Shown in pieces: positions 8,777 to 19,200 of a stretch of DNA of 43,948 nucleotides. The notes under the pieces are model-generated. The model saw only the letters and a program-made list of their open reading frames with translations, made no database searches and was not told the DNA's origin. The position numbers and the translations under genes were made by a program. Origin of the DNA: Oscillospiraceae bacterium (lineage in GTDB: Bacteria; Bacillota; Clostridia; Oscillospirales; CAG-272); assembly GCA_015063395.1 (NCBI GenBank), contig SVUF01000003.1:1-43948 (forward strand), in the 5' to 3' direction. Positions within the stretch are counted from its first letter, which is position 1; each line of letters starts with the position of its first letter.

Positions 8777-8884
8777 TGCCCGTCCTCCTTTTATTACTTA
8801 TTAATATGTCATTTCAATGATATCCATATCATAATCAAAAAATTGTCGATATGAGTTGATATTTTTATTTGTTTAAAATAACTC

Positions 8885-8913
8885 TTGAATTTATTATTTT
8901 TTTGTTATATAAT
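8885..8913 (+). promoter_or_regulatory. sigma-A promoter of PHP-copA
   Basis: TTGAAT-17-TATAAT. Confidence 0.6.
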
Positions 8914-8942
8914 GTATTGGAATGATTATGAGGTAACATATT

Positions 8943-9794
8943 ATGATTAATGAAGAAAAAATTATTGACTTACACACACACTCTTCCTTTTCAGACGGTT
9001 CAATGACCCCCGAGGAGCTTTTGTGCCATGCTCATGAAAAAGGCATTTCCGCCATAGCCCTTACTGACCACGACACCGTTTCGGGAATTAAAGATGCATC
9101 AGTTGCCGCCTTGAAATACGGCGTTGAGCTTGTACCCGGAGTTGAGATTTCTTCGGAATCCGTATCACAGGTTCACGTTTTAGGTTTATTCATCAACACC
9201 GAGTCCCAAGCCCTTCTTGATCTTTTCAAATCACAGCAGGAAGAAAGACTCATTTCCAACAAAAAATACATTTCAGTTCTTGCAGAGCATGGATTTCCGA
9301 TCACCGAGGAGGAGGTCAAAAGGGTTGCTCCCCACGGAGGCGTTGGACGTGCCCATTATGCCAAGATCATGATGGATCACGGCTGGGTATCATCTGTTGC
9401 CGAGGCTTTTGACAAATATCTGGGCGTGGGCATGTCCTGTTATGTTAAACGAATGGTAATTACTCCCGAGGAAGCAATTGAGTGTATACACAAGGCGGGA
9501 GGACTTGCTTTTTTTGCCCATCCTTACCAAACCAAGCTTGACTACAAGGGTATCTACGACCTTGCAAAGCACCTTAAGAACTGCGGACTTGACGGAATTG
9601 AAGGCTATTACAGTGAATATTCCCCCGAAATGCACAAAACCTTTATGGACATGGCAGATGATCTTTCCCTTCTTGTTTCAGGGGGAAGCGACTACCACGC
9701 CCTTATGAAGCCCCACCTTGAGATCGGTGTCGGCAGAGGAAACCTGAAGGTGCCTTATTCGGTGCTTGAAAAAATCAAAGCTGCGTTGAAATAA
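8943..9794 (+). CDS. PHP-domain metal-dependent phosphoesterase (TrpH/YciV-like)
   Basis: DLHTHSSFSDG, ALTDHD, PGVEIS, HVLG, AHP, GGSDYH. Confidence 0.9.
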   Translation: MINEEKIIDLHTHSSFSDGSMTPEELLCHAHEKGISAIALTDHDTVSGIKDASVAALKYGVELVPGVEISSESVSQVHVLGLFINTESQALLDLFKSQQEERLISNKKYISVLAEHGFPITEEEVKRVAPHGGVGRAHYAKIMMDHGWVSSVAEAFDKYLGVGMSCYVKRMVITPEEAIECIHKAGGLAFFAHPYQTKLDYKGIYDLAKHLKNCGLDGIEGYYSEYSPEMHKTFMDMADDLSLLVSGGSDYHALMKPHLEIGVGRGNLKVPYSVLEKIKAALK

Positions 9795-9839
9795 ATATAA
9801 TCAGTATATAATTGCAATACGAAAGAAAGGAATTATCGT

Positions 9840-12350
9840 TTGAAAAAAGAAAAATTCAGAATCGGCGGTATGACCTGCGCCGCCTGCGTCTCATCAGTTG
9901 AAAAGGCAGTCTCCTCCCTTAAAGGTGTCACAAAAGCAAGTGTAAGCCTTATGACCAACTGTCTTGATATCGAATATGACGAAGGTCTTCTCACTCCTCG
10001 TGATATTATCAAGGCAGTAAAAAATAAGGGATATACCGCTGAAGAATATGACTCAAGAAAAAGAGATGACTCCACGGAAAGTGCCGACAAAATGAAGCTG
10101 CGGCTTATTGTTTCCCTTGTTTTTCTCTTCCCTCTTATGTACATTGCCATGGGCAGTATGGCAGGACTTCCTTTGCCCAAGGCTTTAACCCAAAATTTCG
10201 CCCTTTTCGGAGCATTACAGTTTATTCTCTGCGCTCCTGTTGTAATTATAAACTATAAGTTTTTCACCGTAGGCTTCAAAAGACTTATAAAGCTTGATCC
10301 AAACATGGATTCCCTTATAGCCACAGGCTCGGGAGCTTCCATTTTATATTCAGCCTATGCCTACTATAAAATTCTGACATCATCAACTCATGATTATCAT
10401 TTATACATTGATTCAGCCGCAATGATCCTCACCCTCATAACCTTGGGTAAATTTCTTGAGGCAAGAGCAAGACGCAAGACCTCGGGGGCATTACACAATA
10501 TTGCCAGTCTTGCTCCCGAATTTGCAACCGTCCTTAGAAACGGCGAGGAGCTGAATATCCCCACAGCTGACATCATGATCGGTGACACGGTCATTATGCG
10601 TCCCGGGCAAAACCTTCCCGCTGACGGAGTGATCACAAAAGGACACGCCTCCCTTAACGTTTCCGTCATCACCGGCGAAAGCCTTCCTGTTGATCTGTCA
10701 GTCGGAGACCTTGTAAGCGCAGGAACAACCAATCTTAATTCCTCCTTTGAATTCAAGGTAACCGAAAAGGGCGAGATGACCACCCTTGGAAAAATGATCG
10801 CATTAGTAGAAGACGCAGCCGCTTCAAAGGCACCAATCGCACGGCTTGCCGACAAGGTGGCATCGATCTTTGTTCCAACAGTTATCGGAATTGCTTTTAT
10901 AACCTCAATTATTTGGTTTTTTATAACGTCAAACCTTGAAACCGCACTTTCCGTTGGTATAACAGTGCTTGTAATCGCCTGCCCCTGCTCTCTCGGTCTT
11001 GCAACTCCAACTGCCATAATGGCAGGTACGGGACGCGGCGCCGAATTTGGAGTGCTTTTCCGTTCAGCCGAGGCGCTTGAAACACTTGGCAAGTCGGACT
11101 GTGTCATTCTTGACAAAACAGGTACAATTACAAGCGGCGTTCTTACAGTTAATCACGTTATTCCGCAAAGCGATTCTCTCACCGAAGATCATATAATTCC
11201 TAAAAAAGAGAAAAGTGAACAGCTTCTTGCCATCTCCGCCGCCTTGGAATCCCGTTCCGAGCATCCAATCGCCAGAGCCATTTGCAAAAATGCAGAGGAA
11301 CTTGGGCTTAAACTTCCGGAGATCAACAGTGAAATCACTGCCATGCCCGGTTACGGAATCAAAGGAACTATCAATTCTGACGAATACGTCATCGGAAACA
11401 GCGCAATATGCAAAAATATTCAAATTCCCGCAGAGACACAGAAAATAATAAACACTCTCGAAGCATCGGGAAGTACCGTTGTGAGAATTACCAAAAACAA
11501 TGAATTTATAGGCTTTATCGCTCTTTCAGACCGAATTCGTACAGATAGCCCTGAGGCTATAAAATTCATGAAGGAAAACGGCATCACTCCAATTATGATC
11601 ACCGGTGATAACCAGGGAGCCGCCTCCGAGGTTGCGCGATCAGTCGGGATCACCTCCTTCACCGCAGAAGCTAAGCCCGATGACAAGGAGCTTGCTGTCA
11701 AAAAGCTGAAAACAGCGGGACACACTGTCGTAATGATCGGTGACGGAGTAAACGACGCTCCTGCCCTTGCCTGTGCTGACATTGGAGTTGCCATCGGATC
11801 AGGAACCGATATAGCCATTGAAAACTCCGATGTTGTCCTCATTGGAGGACGTCTTGGGGATTTCTGCAACGCATTGACAGTCTCAAAAAAGACCATGCAG
11901 ATCATCCGCCAAAATCTTTTCTGGGCATTTTTCTACAATAGCATTGGAATCCTTCTTGCAACCTTCAATCTTGCAAGTCCCATGATCGCTTCTGCTGCCA
12001 TGAGCCTCAGCTCCCTGTGTGTTGTCTCAAACGCATTGAGACTTCGTAAAATCAAGCTCGAAAAAGTATCAGCAGAGGTAAATCACGCGGCAAGCCCTCA
12101 ACACAAAAACGCTATTAATAATAATATAAAGGAGATATCCACAATGAAAAAAGAAATCGTTATTGACGGAATGATGTGCATGCACTGCTCAGGCAGAGTT
12201 GAAAAGGCTCTCAATGCCATTGACGGTGTTGAAGCAAAGGTCGATCTTGAAAAGAAGACCGCTTATGTCACCTGCCCCGACACACTTGATACCGCAGTAC
12301 TCACAAAAACCGTAACTGATGCAGGATATACGGTTATAAGCATCAACTGA
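9840..12350 (+). CDS. copA: Cu(I)-translocating P1B-type ATPase with N- and C-terminal HMA domains
   Basis: GMTCAAC, TGES, CPC, DKTGT, SEHP, GDGVNDAP, YN and MSLSS; C-terminal GMMCMHC. Confidence 0.93.
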   Translation: MKKEKFRIGGMTCAACVSSVEKAVSSLKGVTKASVSLMTNCLDIEYDEGLLTPRDIIKAVKNKGYTAEEYDSRKRDDSTESADKMKLRLIVSLVFLFPLMYIAMGSMAGLPLPKALTQNFALFGALQFILCAPVVIINYKFFTVGFKRLIKLDPNMDSLIATGSGASILYSAYAYYKILTSSTHDYHLYIDSAAMILTLITLGKFLEARARRKTSGALHNIASLAPEFATVLRNGEELNIPTADIMIGDTVIMRPGQNLPADGVITKGHASLNVSVITGESLPVDLSVGDLVSAGTTNLNSSFEFKVTEKGEMTTLGKMIALVEDAAASKAPIARLADKVASIFVPTVIGIAFITSIIWFFITSNLETALSVGITVLVIACPCSLGLATPTAIMAGTGRGAEFGVLFRSAEALETLGKSDCVILDKTGTITSGVLTVNHVIPQSDSLTEDHIIPKKEKSEQLLAISAALESRSEHPIARAICKNAEELGLKLPEINSEITAMPGYGIKGTINSDEYVIGNSAICKNIQIPAETQKIINTLEASGSTVVRITKNNEFIGFIALSDRIRTDSPEAIKFMKENGITPIMITGDNQGAASEVARSVGITSFTAEAKPDDKELAVKKLKTAGHTVVMIGDGVNDAPALACADIGVAIGSGTDIAIENSDVVLIGGRLGDFCNALTVSKKTMQIIRQNLFWAFFYNSIGILLATFNLASPMIASAAMSLSSLCVVSNALRLRKIKLEKVSAEVNHAASPQHKNAINNNIKEISTMKKEIVIDGMMCMHCSGRVEKALNAIDGVEAKVDLEKKTAYVTCPDTLDTAVLTKTVTDAGYTVISIN

Positions 12351-12828
12351 GTATTTTGTAATCCACAAGTCCAAAAAGCTCTGTTTTCCCAAGCTTTATA
12401 CGGGGAGTATCCTGTGATTTTTCAATCAAACAGACTGTCTTTTCTTTCCACAGAAAATACGGTCTGTTTTTTCTTTTCGGCATGCCCAAATGCATATAGA
12501 GAGGCACTATATTGCCCATTTTATCAAGAGTTATGGGTATATATTCAAACAATACAAGCTCATTGCCTTCAAATCCACCCATTAGAATCACAAAGGAAAA
12601 ACACTCACCATCAGCAAAGGTTACATGAAAATCTCCGTATGCCCTGCCCCTTTTTCGCTTTATCAGCCTTTCTGTGATTCTTTTTCCAAAGGCATTTTCA
12701 AAGTAAAACGCCACATCTCCTTGAAGCTCATCAATTACCGTCTGTATTTTTTCGTTCTCCACAATCGGATATTCGATCTCATATCCGATTCCATTTCCAA
12801 ATCCCAATACTGTATTTTTCGTAAACAA
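12343..12828 (-). CDS. Hypothetical protein
   Basis: 161-aa ORF with TTG start and GGGGTG SD; convergent 8-bp overlap with copA; no recognised motif. Confidence 0.6.
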   Translation of the reverse strand: MFTKNTVLGFGNGIGYEIEYPIVENEKIQTVIDELQGDVAFYFENAFGKRITERLIKRKRGRAYGDFHVTFADGECFSFVILMGGFEGNELVLFEYIPITLDKMGNIVPLYMHLGMPKRKNRPYFLWKEKTVCLIEKSQDTPRIKLGKTELFGLVDYKILS

Positions 12829-12878
12829 AAAATCACCCCTTACGCCAATATATGCGCAAGGGGTATTTTATGCCCAAA

Positions 12879-13691
12879 TTACAGGGTTATTACAAGACAT
12901 CCCACAAGAAGCATGATCACCGTCATAATCACGATCACCGCAGCCTCAATGTAAGTGGTCTTTCTGTCAAAGTATTTTTTATAAAAAGTATAGCAAATTC
13001 CAAAGGATATGGCAGAAAAGATCATCAACATACCAATAATATTGGAAAGACCGATATTTTGAGCTCCCGCGCCCTCTCCTGAAATCGCTCCAAGCACCAT
13101 CATTATAAATACAGGTGAAATCACCGCGAACATATACCTGTATTTATTAGAGATCACTCCAATCGCCGTCAAAGCAATATTCAAAAGGAACACCGTCACA
13201 ACAATTCTTATATCCAAAAAAAGCAATGAAAAGCTCAAAGAGGTTATCATCATGGCAGTTTTCTTTTTGAAAATATTGGAGAAGCAATCATATATTACCC
13301 CTCTGAAAAAAAGCTCATATCCAATTGCCGACATAAATACAGCCGCCCATAAAACAGGATTTCCAAGCCCCTCCCAAAGGAAAGCTATATCGTATCCAAG
13401 CCCGCTTACAGTGACAAGATAGTCCCCCAAAAAGATCAACGGAATTGCCAAAAGAAGCCACGCCGAAAAAATGAAGGAGCAATATGTCACTTTACCCTTA
13501 TATCCGAGCTTCTTTTCTTTATCTTCAAATTGCGGCACCTTACAGATCAGCGAAAAAACTGTCATTACCACCGATGTTCCTATAAAAAACCAGAGCTCAT
13601 AAAAATCAAAGAGCCTTGACACAAGCAACAGTGACATGGATAAAATATAAATGATCAGTGCGCTGTAGAGTTTCTTTTTATTGGTGTTCAT
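12879..13691 (-). CDS. CPBP/Abi (CAAX protease-like) multi-pass membrane protein with degenerate active site
   Basis: Multiple hydrophobic segments; YELFFRG resembles EExxFRG; His motifs not seen. Confidence 0.7.
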   Translation of the reverse strand: MNTNKKKLYSALIIYILSMSLLLVSRLFDFYELWFFIGTSVVMTVFSLICKVPQFEDKEKKLGYKGKVTYCSFIFSAWLLLAIPLIFLGDYLVTVSGLGYDIAFLWEGLGNPVLWAAVFMSAIGYELFFRGVIYDCFSNIFKKKTAMMITSLSFSLLFLDIRIVVTVFLLNIALTAIGVISNKYRYMFAVISPVFIMMVLGAISGEGAGAQNIGLSNIIGMLMIFSAISFGICYTFYKKYFDRKTTYIEAAVIVIMTVIMLLVGCLVITL

Positions 13692-13709
13692 TATTAATCC
13701 TCTTATTCT

Positions 13710-13751
13710 AAAAAGAAACGACCTGCCCTGAGGACAAGTCGTTGTTTCTTT
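13710..13751 (-). terminator. Rho-independent terminator after rplA
   Basis: Minus strand AACGACTTGTCC-TCA-GGGCAGGTCGTT followed by TCTTTTT. Confidence 0.7.
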
Positions 13752-13756
13752 AAATA

Positions 13757-14455
13757 TTAGCCAAGCTTTGCTGTATTAACCTTGATTCCGGGGCCCATTG
13801 TAGAAGCAACAACACAGCTCTTGATGTACTGTCCCTTTGCTGCAGCGGGCTTTGCCTTGATGATGGCAGTGAGAAGTGTTGTGAAGTTTTCACCAAGCTT
13901 CTCAGCTCCGAAGGAAGCCTTACCGATGGGGCAGTGGATGATGTTTGTCTTTGTGTTGTCAAGACGGTACTCAATCTTACCTGCCTTAACTTCCTTGATT
14001 GCCCTTGCTACGTCAGGAGATACTGTTCCTGCCTTGGGGTTAGGCATAAGTCCCTTAGGTCCGAGGATCTTACCGAGACGTCCGAGCATACCCATCATGT
14101 CAGGAGAAGCGATGATTACGTCGAATTCGAACCAGTTTTCCTTCTGAATTCTTTCGATGTATTCCTCTGCGCCTGCATAATCTGCACCTGCGTCGAGAGC
14201 CTGCTGAACCTTGTCGCCCTTTGTGATACAAAGAACTCTGATGGTCTTACCTGTACCGTTGGGAAGAACTACTGCTCCTCTTACCTGCTGGTCAGCATGA
14301 CGTGAGTCAACGCCGAGACGTACGTGTACCTCGATTGTTTCGTCAAACTTAGCCTTTGCTGTCTGGCAAACCAGTGCAAGAGCCTCGTTCTGCTCATATA
14401 CCTTTGTTTTATCAACAAGCTTTGCGCTGTCAAGATATTTCTTTCCCTTTTTCAT
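13757..14455 (-). CDS. rplA: 50S ribosomal protein L1
   Basis: [37 protein letters not shown]. Confidence 0.98.
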   Translation of the reverse strand: MKKGKKYLDSAKLVDKTKVYEQNEALALVCQTAKAKFDETIEVHVRLGVDSRHADQQVRGAVVLPNGTGKTIRVLCITKGDKVQQALDAGADYAGAEEYIERIQKENWFEFDVIIASPDMMGMLGRLGKILGPKGLMPNPKAGTVSPDVARAIKEVKAGKIEYRLDNTKTNIIHCPIGKASFGAEKLGENFTTLLTAIIKAKPAAAKGQYIKSCVVASTMGPGIKVNTAKLG

Positions 14456-14471
14456 CTCTCAATACCCCCTA

Positions 14472-14897
14472 TTATTCTTCAACAGTGATACCCATGCTGC
14501 GTGCTGTTCCCGCAACCATGCTCATTGCTGCTTCGAGTGATGCTGCGTTAAGGTCGGGCATCTTCATCTCAGCGATTTCCTTAACCTGTGCCTTTGTAAG
14601 CTTACCAACCTTTGTCTTGTTGGGCTTTGCAGATGCAGACTGAAGTCCGAGCGCCTTCTTTATAAGAACAGGTGCAGGAGGAGTCTTTGTGATGAATGTG
14701 AATGAACGGTCAGCATATACTGTGATTACTACAGGAATTACAAGACCGATCTGTGACTTTGTTCTTTCGTTAAAATCCTTTGTGAAGTTAGGAATTGAAA
14801 CTCCATACTGTCCAAGTGCAGGACCTACAGGGGGAGCAGGAGTTGCTTTACCTGCGGGAAGCTGAAGTTTAATATAACCTTGAATTTTCTTAGCCAT
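14472..14897 (-). CDS. rplK: 50S ribosomal protein L11
   Basis: [27 protein letters not shown]. Confidence 0.98.
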   Translation of the reverse strand: MAKKIQGYIKLQLPAGKATPAPPVGPALGQYGVSIPNFTKDFNERTKSQIGLVIPVVITVYADRSFTFITKTPPAPVLIKKALGLQSASAKPNKTKVGKLTKAQVKEIAEMKMPDLNAASLEAAMSMVAGTARSMGITVEE

Positions 14898-14911
14898 TTT
14901 ATTACCTCCAA

Positions 14912-14955
14912 TGTGGTTAATTTTGCGAGGGAATCAATATTTTCCCCCTCCCACA
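14912..14955 (-). promoter_or_regulatory. L1-binding autoregulatory leader upstream of rplK
   Basis: Minus strand TGTGGGAGGGG...CCCT...AACCACA directly before the rplK SD; matches the rRNA-mimic L1 site known ahead of rplK-rplA. Confidence 0.7.
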
Positions 14956-14989
14956 AGTGCGTTTTTGCTCACGCACGAGAGCATTTAAT

Positions 14990-15520
14990 TTAATATGTGA
15001 TTTTTTCGACGTCTGTTGCGTCAACTTCGAGGGGTGTGGGTCTTCCAAGCATGGAAACCATTACAACCACTCTCTTCTTATCATCCGATATGGACGCTAC
15101 TACGCCCTGGTGATCGGTTGATATGATCTTAACTTCGTCTCCAACCTCAAATGAAAGAGATACTACCTTGGTCTCAATTCCCATAGCCTCAACCTCTTTG
15201 TCTGTGAGGGGGACGGGCTTTGACCCGGGACCAACAAATCCTGTAACACCTGTAATGTTTCTTACAACGTGCCATGTTGCATCGCTCATTTCCATTTTTA
15301 CAAGTACGTAGCAGGGGAAGATCTTTTCTTCCTTTTCCTTCTCAACTCCTCCGCCGACTTCTACTGTTGTCATAAGGGGAATTCTTACTTCGAAAATGAC
15401 GTTCTGCAATCCTCTGTTTTCAATCATCTTTTCAAGATTGGTCTTGACTTTGTTCTCGTACCCTGAATATGTGTGTACAACATACCAACGGGGACCGAGG
15501 TTTTCAAAATTATCTGCCAT
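14990..15520 (-). CDS. nusG: Transcription termination/antitermination factor NusG
   Basis: WYVVHTYSGYENKVK, FPCYVLV, VTGFVG, KOW domain. Confidence 0.97.
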   Translation of the reverse strand: MADNFENLGPRWYVVHTYSGYENKVKTNLEKMIENRGLQNVIFEVRIPLMTTVEVGGGVEKEKEEKIFPCYVLVKMEMSDATWHVVRNITGVTGFVGPGSKPVPLTDKEVEAMGIETKVVSLSFEVGDEVKIISTDHQGVVASISDDKKRVVVMVSMLGRPTPLEVDATDVEKITY

Positions 15521-15541
15521 AACTCTACCCTTTCAAGGAGA

Positions 15542-15850
15542 TCAATACAGATCTATGATGTGTGTGATAAGCCAGTTGAAGCCCATATCAAACAAACCAA
15601 ATGCTACACCAACAATTACAAGAACCACTAATACAAGCAATGAGTTTTTGGTTGTTGCTGTTTTTCCTGCCCAAGTTACCTTGCTCAACTCGCTCTTGCT
15701 GCCTTTGAAAAGCTTAACAAGCTTGCTGAACCAGCCTTCCTTCTTTACCTTGGCAGGTTTAACTTCTTTTGCTTCGGGCTTTTCATTGCCCTTTTTGCTT
15801 TCCGCAACCTCAGAAGTCAGTTCGCTTTCTTTTTTCTTGTTCTCAGCCAT
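15542..15850 (-). CDS. secE: Preprotein translocase subunit SecE
   Basis: ELSKVTW motif plus one TM segment; between rpmG and nusG. Confidence 0.9.
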   Translation of the reverse strand: MAENKKKESELTSEVAESKKGNEKPEAKEVKPAKVKKEGWFSKLVKLFKGSKSELSKVTWAGKTATTKNSLLVLVVLVIVGVAFGLFDMGFNWLITHIIDLY

Positions 15851-15861
15851 AACTTTTCTCC

Positions 15862-16011
15862 TTACTTAGATTCCTTATGAAGAGTGTGCTTACGACAAAA
15901 ACGGCAATACTTGTTCATTTCAAGTCTGTCGGGGTCGTTTTTCTTGTTCTTCTTGGTCTCGTAGTTGCGCTGTTTGCACTCGCTGCAAACCATTGTGATT
16001 TTGACTCTCAT
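15862..16011 (-). CDS. rpmG: 50S ribosomal protein L33 (Zn-binding type)
   Basis: [38 protein letters not shown]; start ATG 16011 with GGAGGTG SD. Confidence 0.97.
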   Translation of the reverse strand: MRVKITMVCSECKQRNYETKKNKKNDPDRLEMNKYCRFCRKHTLHKESK

Positions 16012-16052
16012 TTCGGCACCTCCTGATAAATTTGATCGTTTTTGACGACCAT
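16008..16052 (-). CDS. Putative 14-aa upstream ORF ([14 protein letters not shown]) coupled to rpmG
   Basis: GGAGGT SD 8 nt before ATG; its TGA overlaps the rpmG ATG (ATGA). Confidence 0.4.
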   Translation of the reverse strand: MVVKNDQIYQEVPK

Positions 16053-16121
16053 AGAATATTACCTCCCTCTTCGGCAATTATTTTGACATAAAAACAAAAC
16101 CCTCGCCGCAGAGGTAGATTG

Positions 16122-16150
16122 ATTCTATCACATTTCCACCTCTTTGTCAA
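16122..16150 (-). promoter_or_regulatory. sigma-A promoter of rpmG-secE-nusG-rplK-rplA
   Basis: TTGACA-17-TAGAAT with extended -10 TG. Confidence 0.75.
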
Positions 16151-16218
16151 GGGCTTTTTTGAATATTTTTCAGTTTTTTTCTTACTTTTTAAGCATTATC
16201 GGTAATATTTCTCCGATT

Positions 16219-19200
16219 TTACTTAACATCCTTGAAGAACGCCGCCACTGTCCAGTCAGCGTGGTCGTTTGTGTTTCCGCCATATGTTCCCTCATAGGCA
16301 TAGAGCTTTATTTCCTCAGCACCCTTAGGAATATCAATGTCAAATATATAGTGCTGACCGATCTTTATAAGGGACGAGCTGTCAACAAGCTCTCCGTCGA
16401 TATAGACAAAGAACATCATTGTATTCATTCCCGACATTTCAAGGTCGCATCCCGCAACAGCAAGGAATTTTTCCGCACCCTTGGGAATATCCATTACAAT
16501 TTCCGAGTTTGCGTGAGTTCCGATTCCATGGCTGAATTTCTTACCCGCAAGTGTCAGGGGATTTCCGTTTACGGATTTATCCTTCTTGATGCTTCCCCAA
16601 CCTATTGTTGCAGTTTTCCATTCTATATCCGTTGCAAATGTATCAACGGTCTTTTCCGACCAGAATATAAACTCCTCGGATATCTCCGCATAGCATACTC
16701 CCTCATAGGCAAGGTACGCCTTGAGTGTCATATAGTAGCCGTCATATTCAGGAACGGTAAATTCCTCGATCTTTACCGCATCCTTAAATTCGGAGCCTGC
16801 GCCGATGGATACATATACCGAAGGCTTATCAAATGGGCTTGCGGTAAACTCAACCTCCACGCCCTCTCCTGCGGTTATTACCTTGCAGGTCTTGCTTGAG
16901 AATGTTAAGGTGGGCTCAACATCATAGTTTGACATACTTCCGAGGTTATAAACATTTTTATATCCAAGCTTGATCATTGCTTCAACCGCCTGTGTCGAAC
17001 GCTTTGCCGCCGAGCAATATACGATCACCGCCTGCTCCTTATTGGCAACAAGCTTTTCAACATCGGTAGCAATTTTTGAATAATCAAGGTTCAGCGCACC
17101 CTCGATGTGACCTCTTGCATATTCCTCGGGAGTTCTTACATCAAGAAGAACCGCACCCTTGGAAACAAGATGCTTTGCGCCCATGGGTCCGATACCGTAA
17201 TCGGAATTTGAAGCATATGCAACCTCACATTCGGTATTCTTACAAAGAGGCACATTACCCTTCCAAAGATATGCGCATACCCTTCCTTCAAAGCTTTTTC
17301 CTGCATTAAAGGTTGCCTTTACAGTTTGTGCCTTTTTAGCACCTACCTCCAAGGTCTTAAATTCAAGCAATGCTCCGTTTTTGTCCTCAAGAGCAAATAT
17401 TACACTTGCGCCCGCAGAAAGAGAGATGGCATTTACGGAAACCTCAAGCTCTTCTCCGTTATAGTCAATTTTAGGATTGCCGAGACTGCTCTTTGTAACC
17501 TTCATGGAAAGAGCAACACCCTCAACATTTACACTGTCACTGCTGCCCAGACTGTCAACAACAGTCCACTTTACATAAGCTGTTGTGGGAATATCACTGG
17601 AATATGTAAAGGTCAAAAGCTTGTCGACCTTCTGCTCTCCTCCGCCCTTAACGCTAAAGGACTTCTGCACCTTGCCGCCTATGATCAGCTCGATTTTGAT
17701 ATTGGCGGAATAGCTTCCTATGGGAAGGTACAGTGTTCTCTCGTTTTGATCGCATGGTGTTGACAGAAGCATATATGCACCCTTGCCTCGAACACCTATG
17801 CCCGACGTAGAGGTCTTTACAGGCGTGCTTCCGTTACCGTTGGTCCAGCTGTATGTCGCCGCCGCATTTCCGTAGGTACAGTATGAGCCCTCATAGCTGA
17901 GCTGGATCTCTCCCGAACCGTTTCTCATTTTGGTAGTTTCGGTATCTCCGAAATGCACCCAATCGTATTTTCCAAGTGTTGTAAGGTTTATAAGCTTCGG
18001 CTTGCCTTCAAGCTTTGCCTCAAACACAGGGGTGGAGCCGTCCTCCACAAAAATGTCATTCTTTTCGTCCTCAAGGGGTATATCAATTCCCTCGGCGCTT
18101 AAAACAACAGTACCGTGAGCAGGGATCGTTACCTTATATGTTTCTCCCACGGGAATATCCGAATGTGACCAAAGATCGCGAAGCTTTACTACGTTTTTAA
18201 GACCAAGATCCTCAAAGGAAACAACAACGGTTTTGCTTTCGTTGCTTCTGTTGAGAAGGGCGATGGCTTTCTTTCCGGAGTCGGCAGAGCCAAGATCCTT
18301 TGTCCACGCTTCAACATCTCCGTATGTTTTAGCAACCGTTGCCTGAATACATGCAGGATCCTGATTCAGCGCTATAAGCTCTGCATTGGATATGATGGAA
18401 AGAGTTTCATCGGAAATACTGTTGAGGTCCATTCCGAGCATAAGAGGTGTTGACATCATGCACCACATGGAAAAGTGGGATTTATCCTCCTCATATGTCA
18501 TACCGTTTCCGACCTGCATCATATCAAGGTCATTTACATGACCCGGAGTGGTATATTTTGCAAGGGATTTGATATTGTCAAGCTGTTCAAGAACTGCGCC
18601 GAAATTGTTGAAGATATCTCCGCCCGTTCTCCATGAGTCCGCAACATCAGTTACCCATTCTCCCGGGAATGACCAACAGCATACATTGTATATCTTGTCG
18701 TCTCCCGTTTCCTTTTCAATTTCTTTTACTATATTTCCTATAGCCGTATATCTCTGCTGCTTTGAAAGTCCCTGACGGATACCTCCGCACCAGTCTACCT
18801 TGATGAAGTCATAGCCCCATTCAATAAGATAACGGCGAAGGTCCTCTTCGTCATGCCCGTAAAGTCCTACGTTAAAGTTGTTGACCTCGTTATCGGAAGC
18901 CCAACCGCAAGTATACGAGCCTGCGTCGGTATAGATACCTGCATAGAAGCCCATATCGTGAAGGGTATCTGCAAGAGCCTTCATTCCCGATGGAAATCTT
19001 GTTGTATTGATGTTTACAAGTCCGTCCTCGCCTCTGCCGTTCTGCCAACCGTCATCAACGTTGACAAAAACATAGCCAAGCTCCTGCAGTCCAAGCTCCT
19101 TGAGCTTTATTGCCTGTGAAAGTATGGATTCTTCTGTTATATCTGTTCTGTAAGCATTCCATGATGCCCAGCCCATGATCGGTGTTTTCCTTGAGTTCAC

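Noticed and set aside
8844-8850. TGTCGAT resembling a Spo0A box upstream of spoIIAA
   Set aside because: One mismatch in a 7-mer and no sigma-H promoter identified with confidence. Plausible but unsupported.
12836-12872. CCCCTT...AAGGGG dyad and GCATA...CATATATT sporulation-promoter-like sequence upstream of the 12828 gene
   Set aside because: Spacing does not fit sigma-E or sigma-G well. It lies downstream of copA, so it is not a copA operator.
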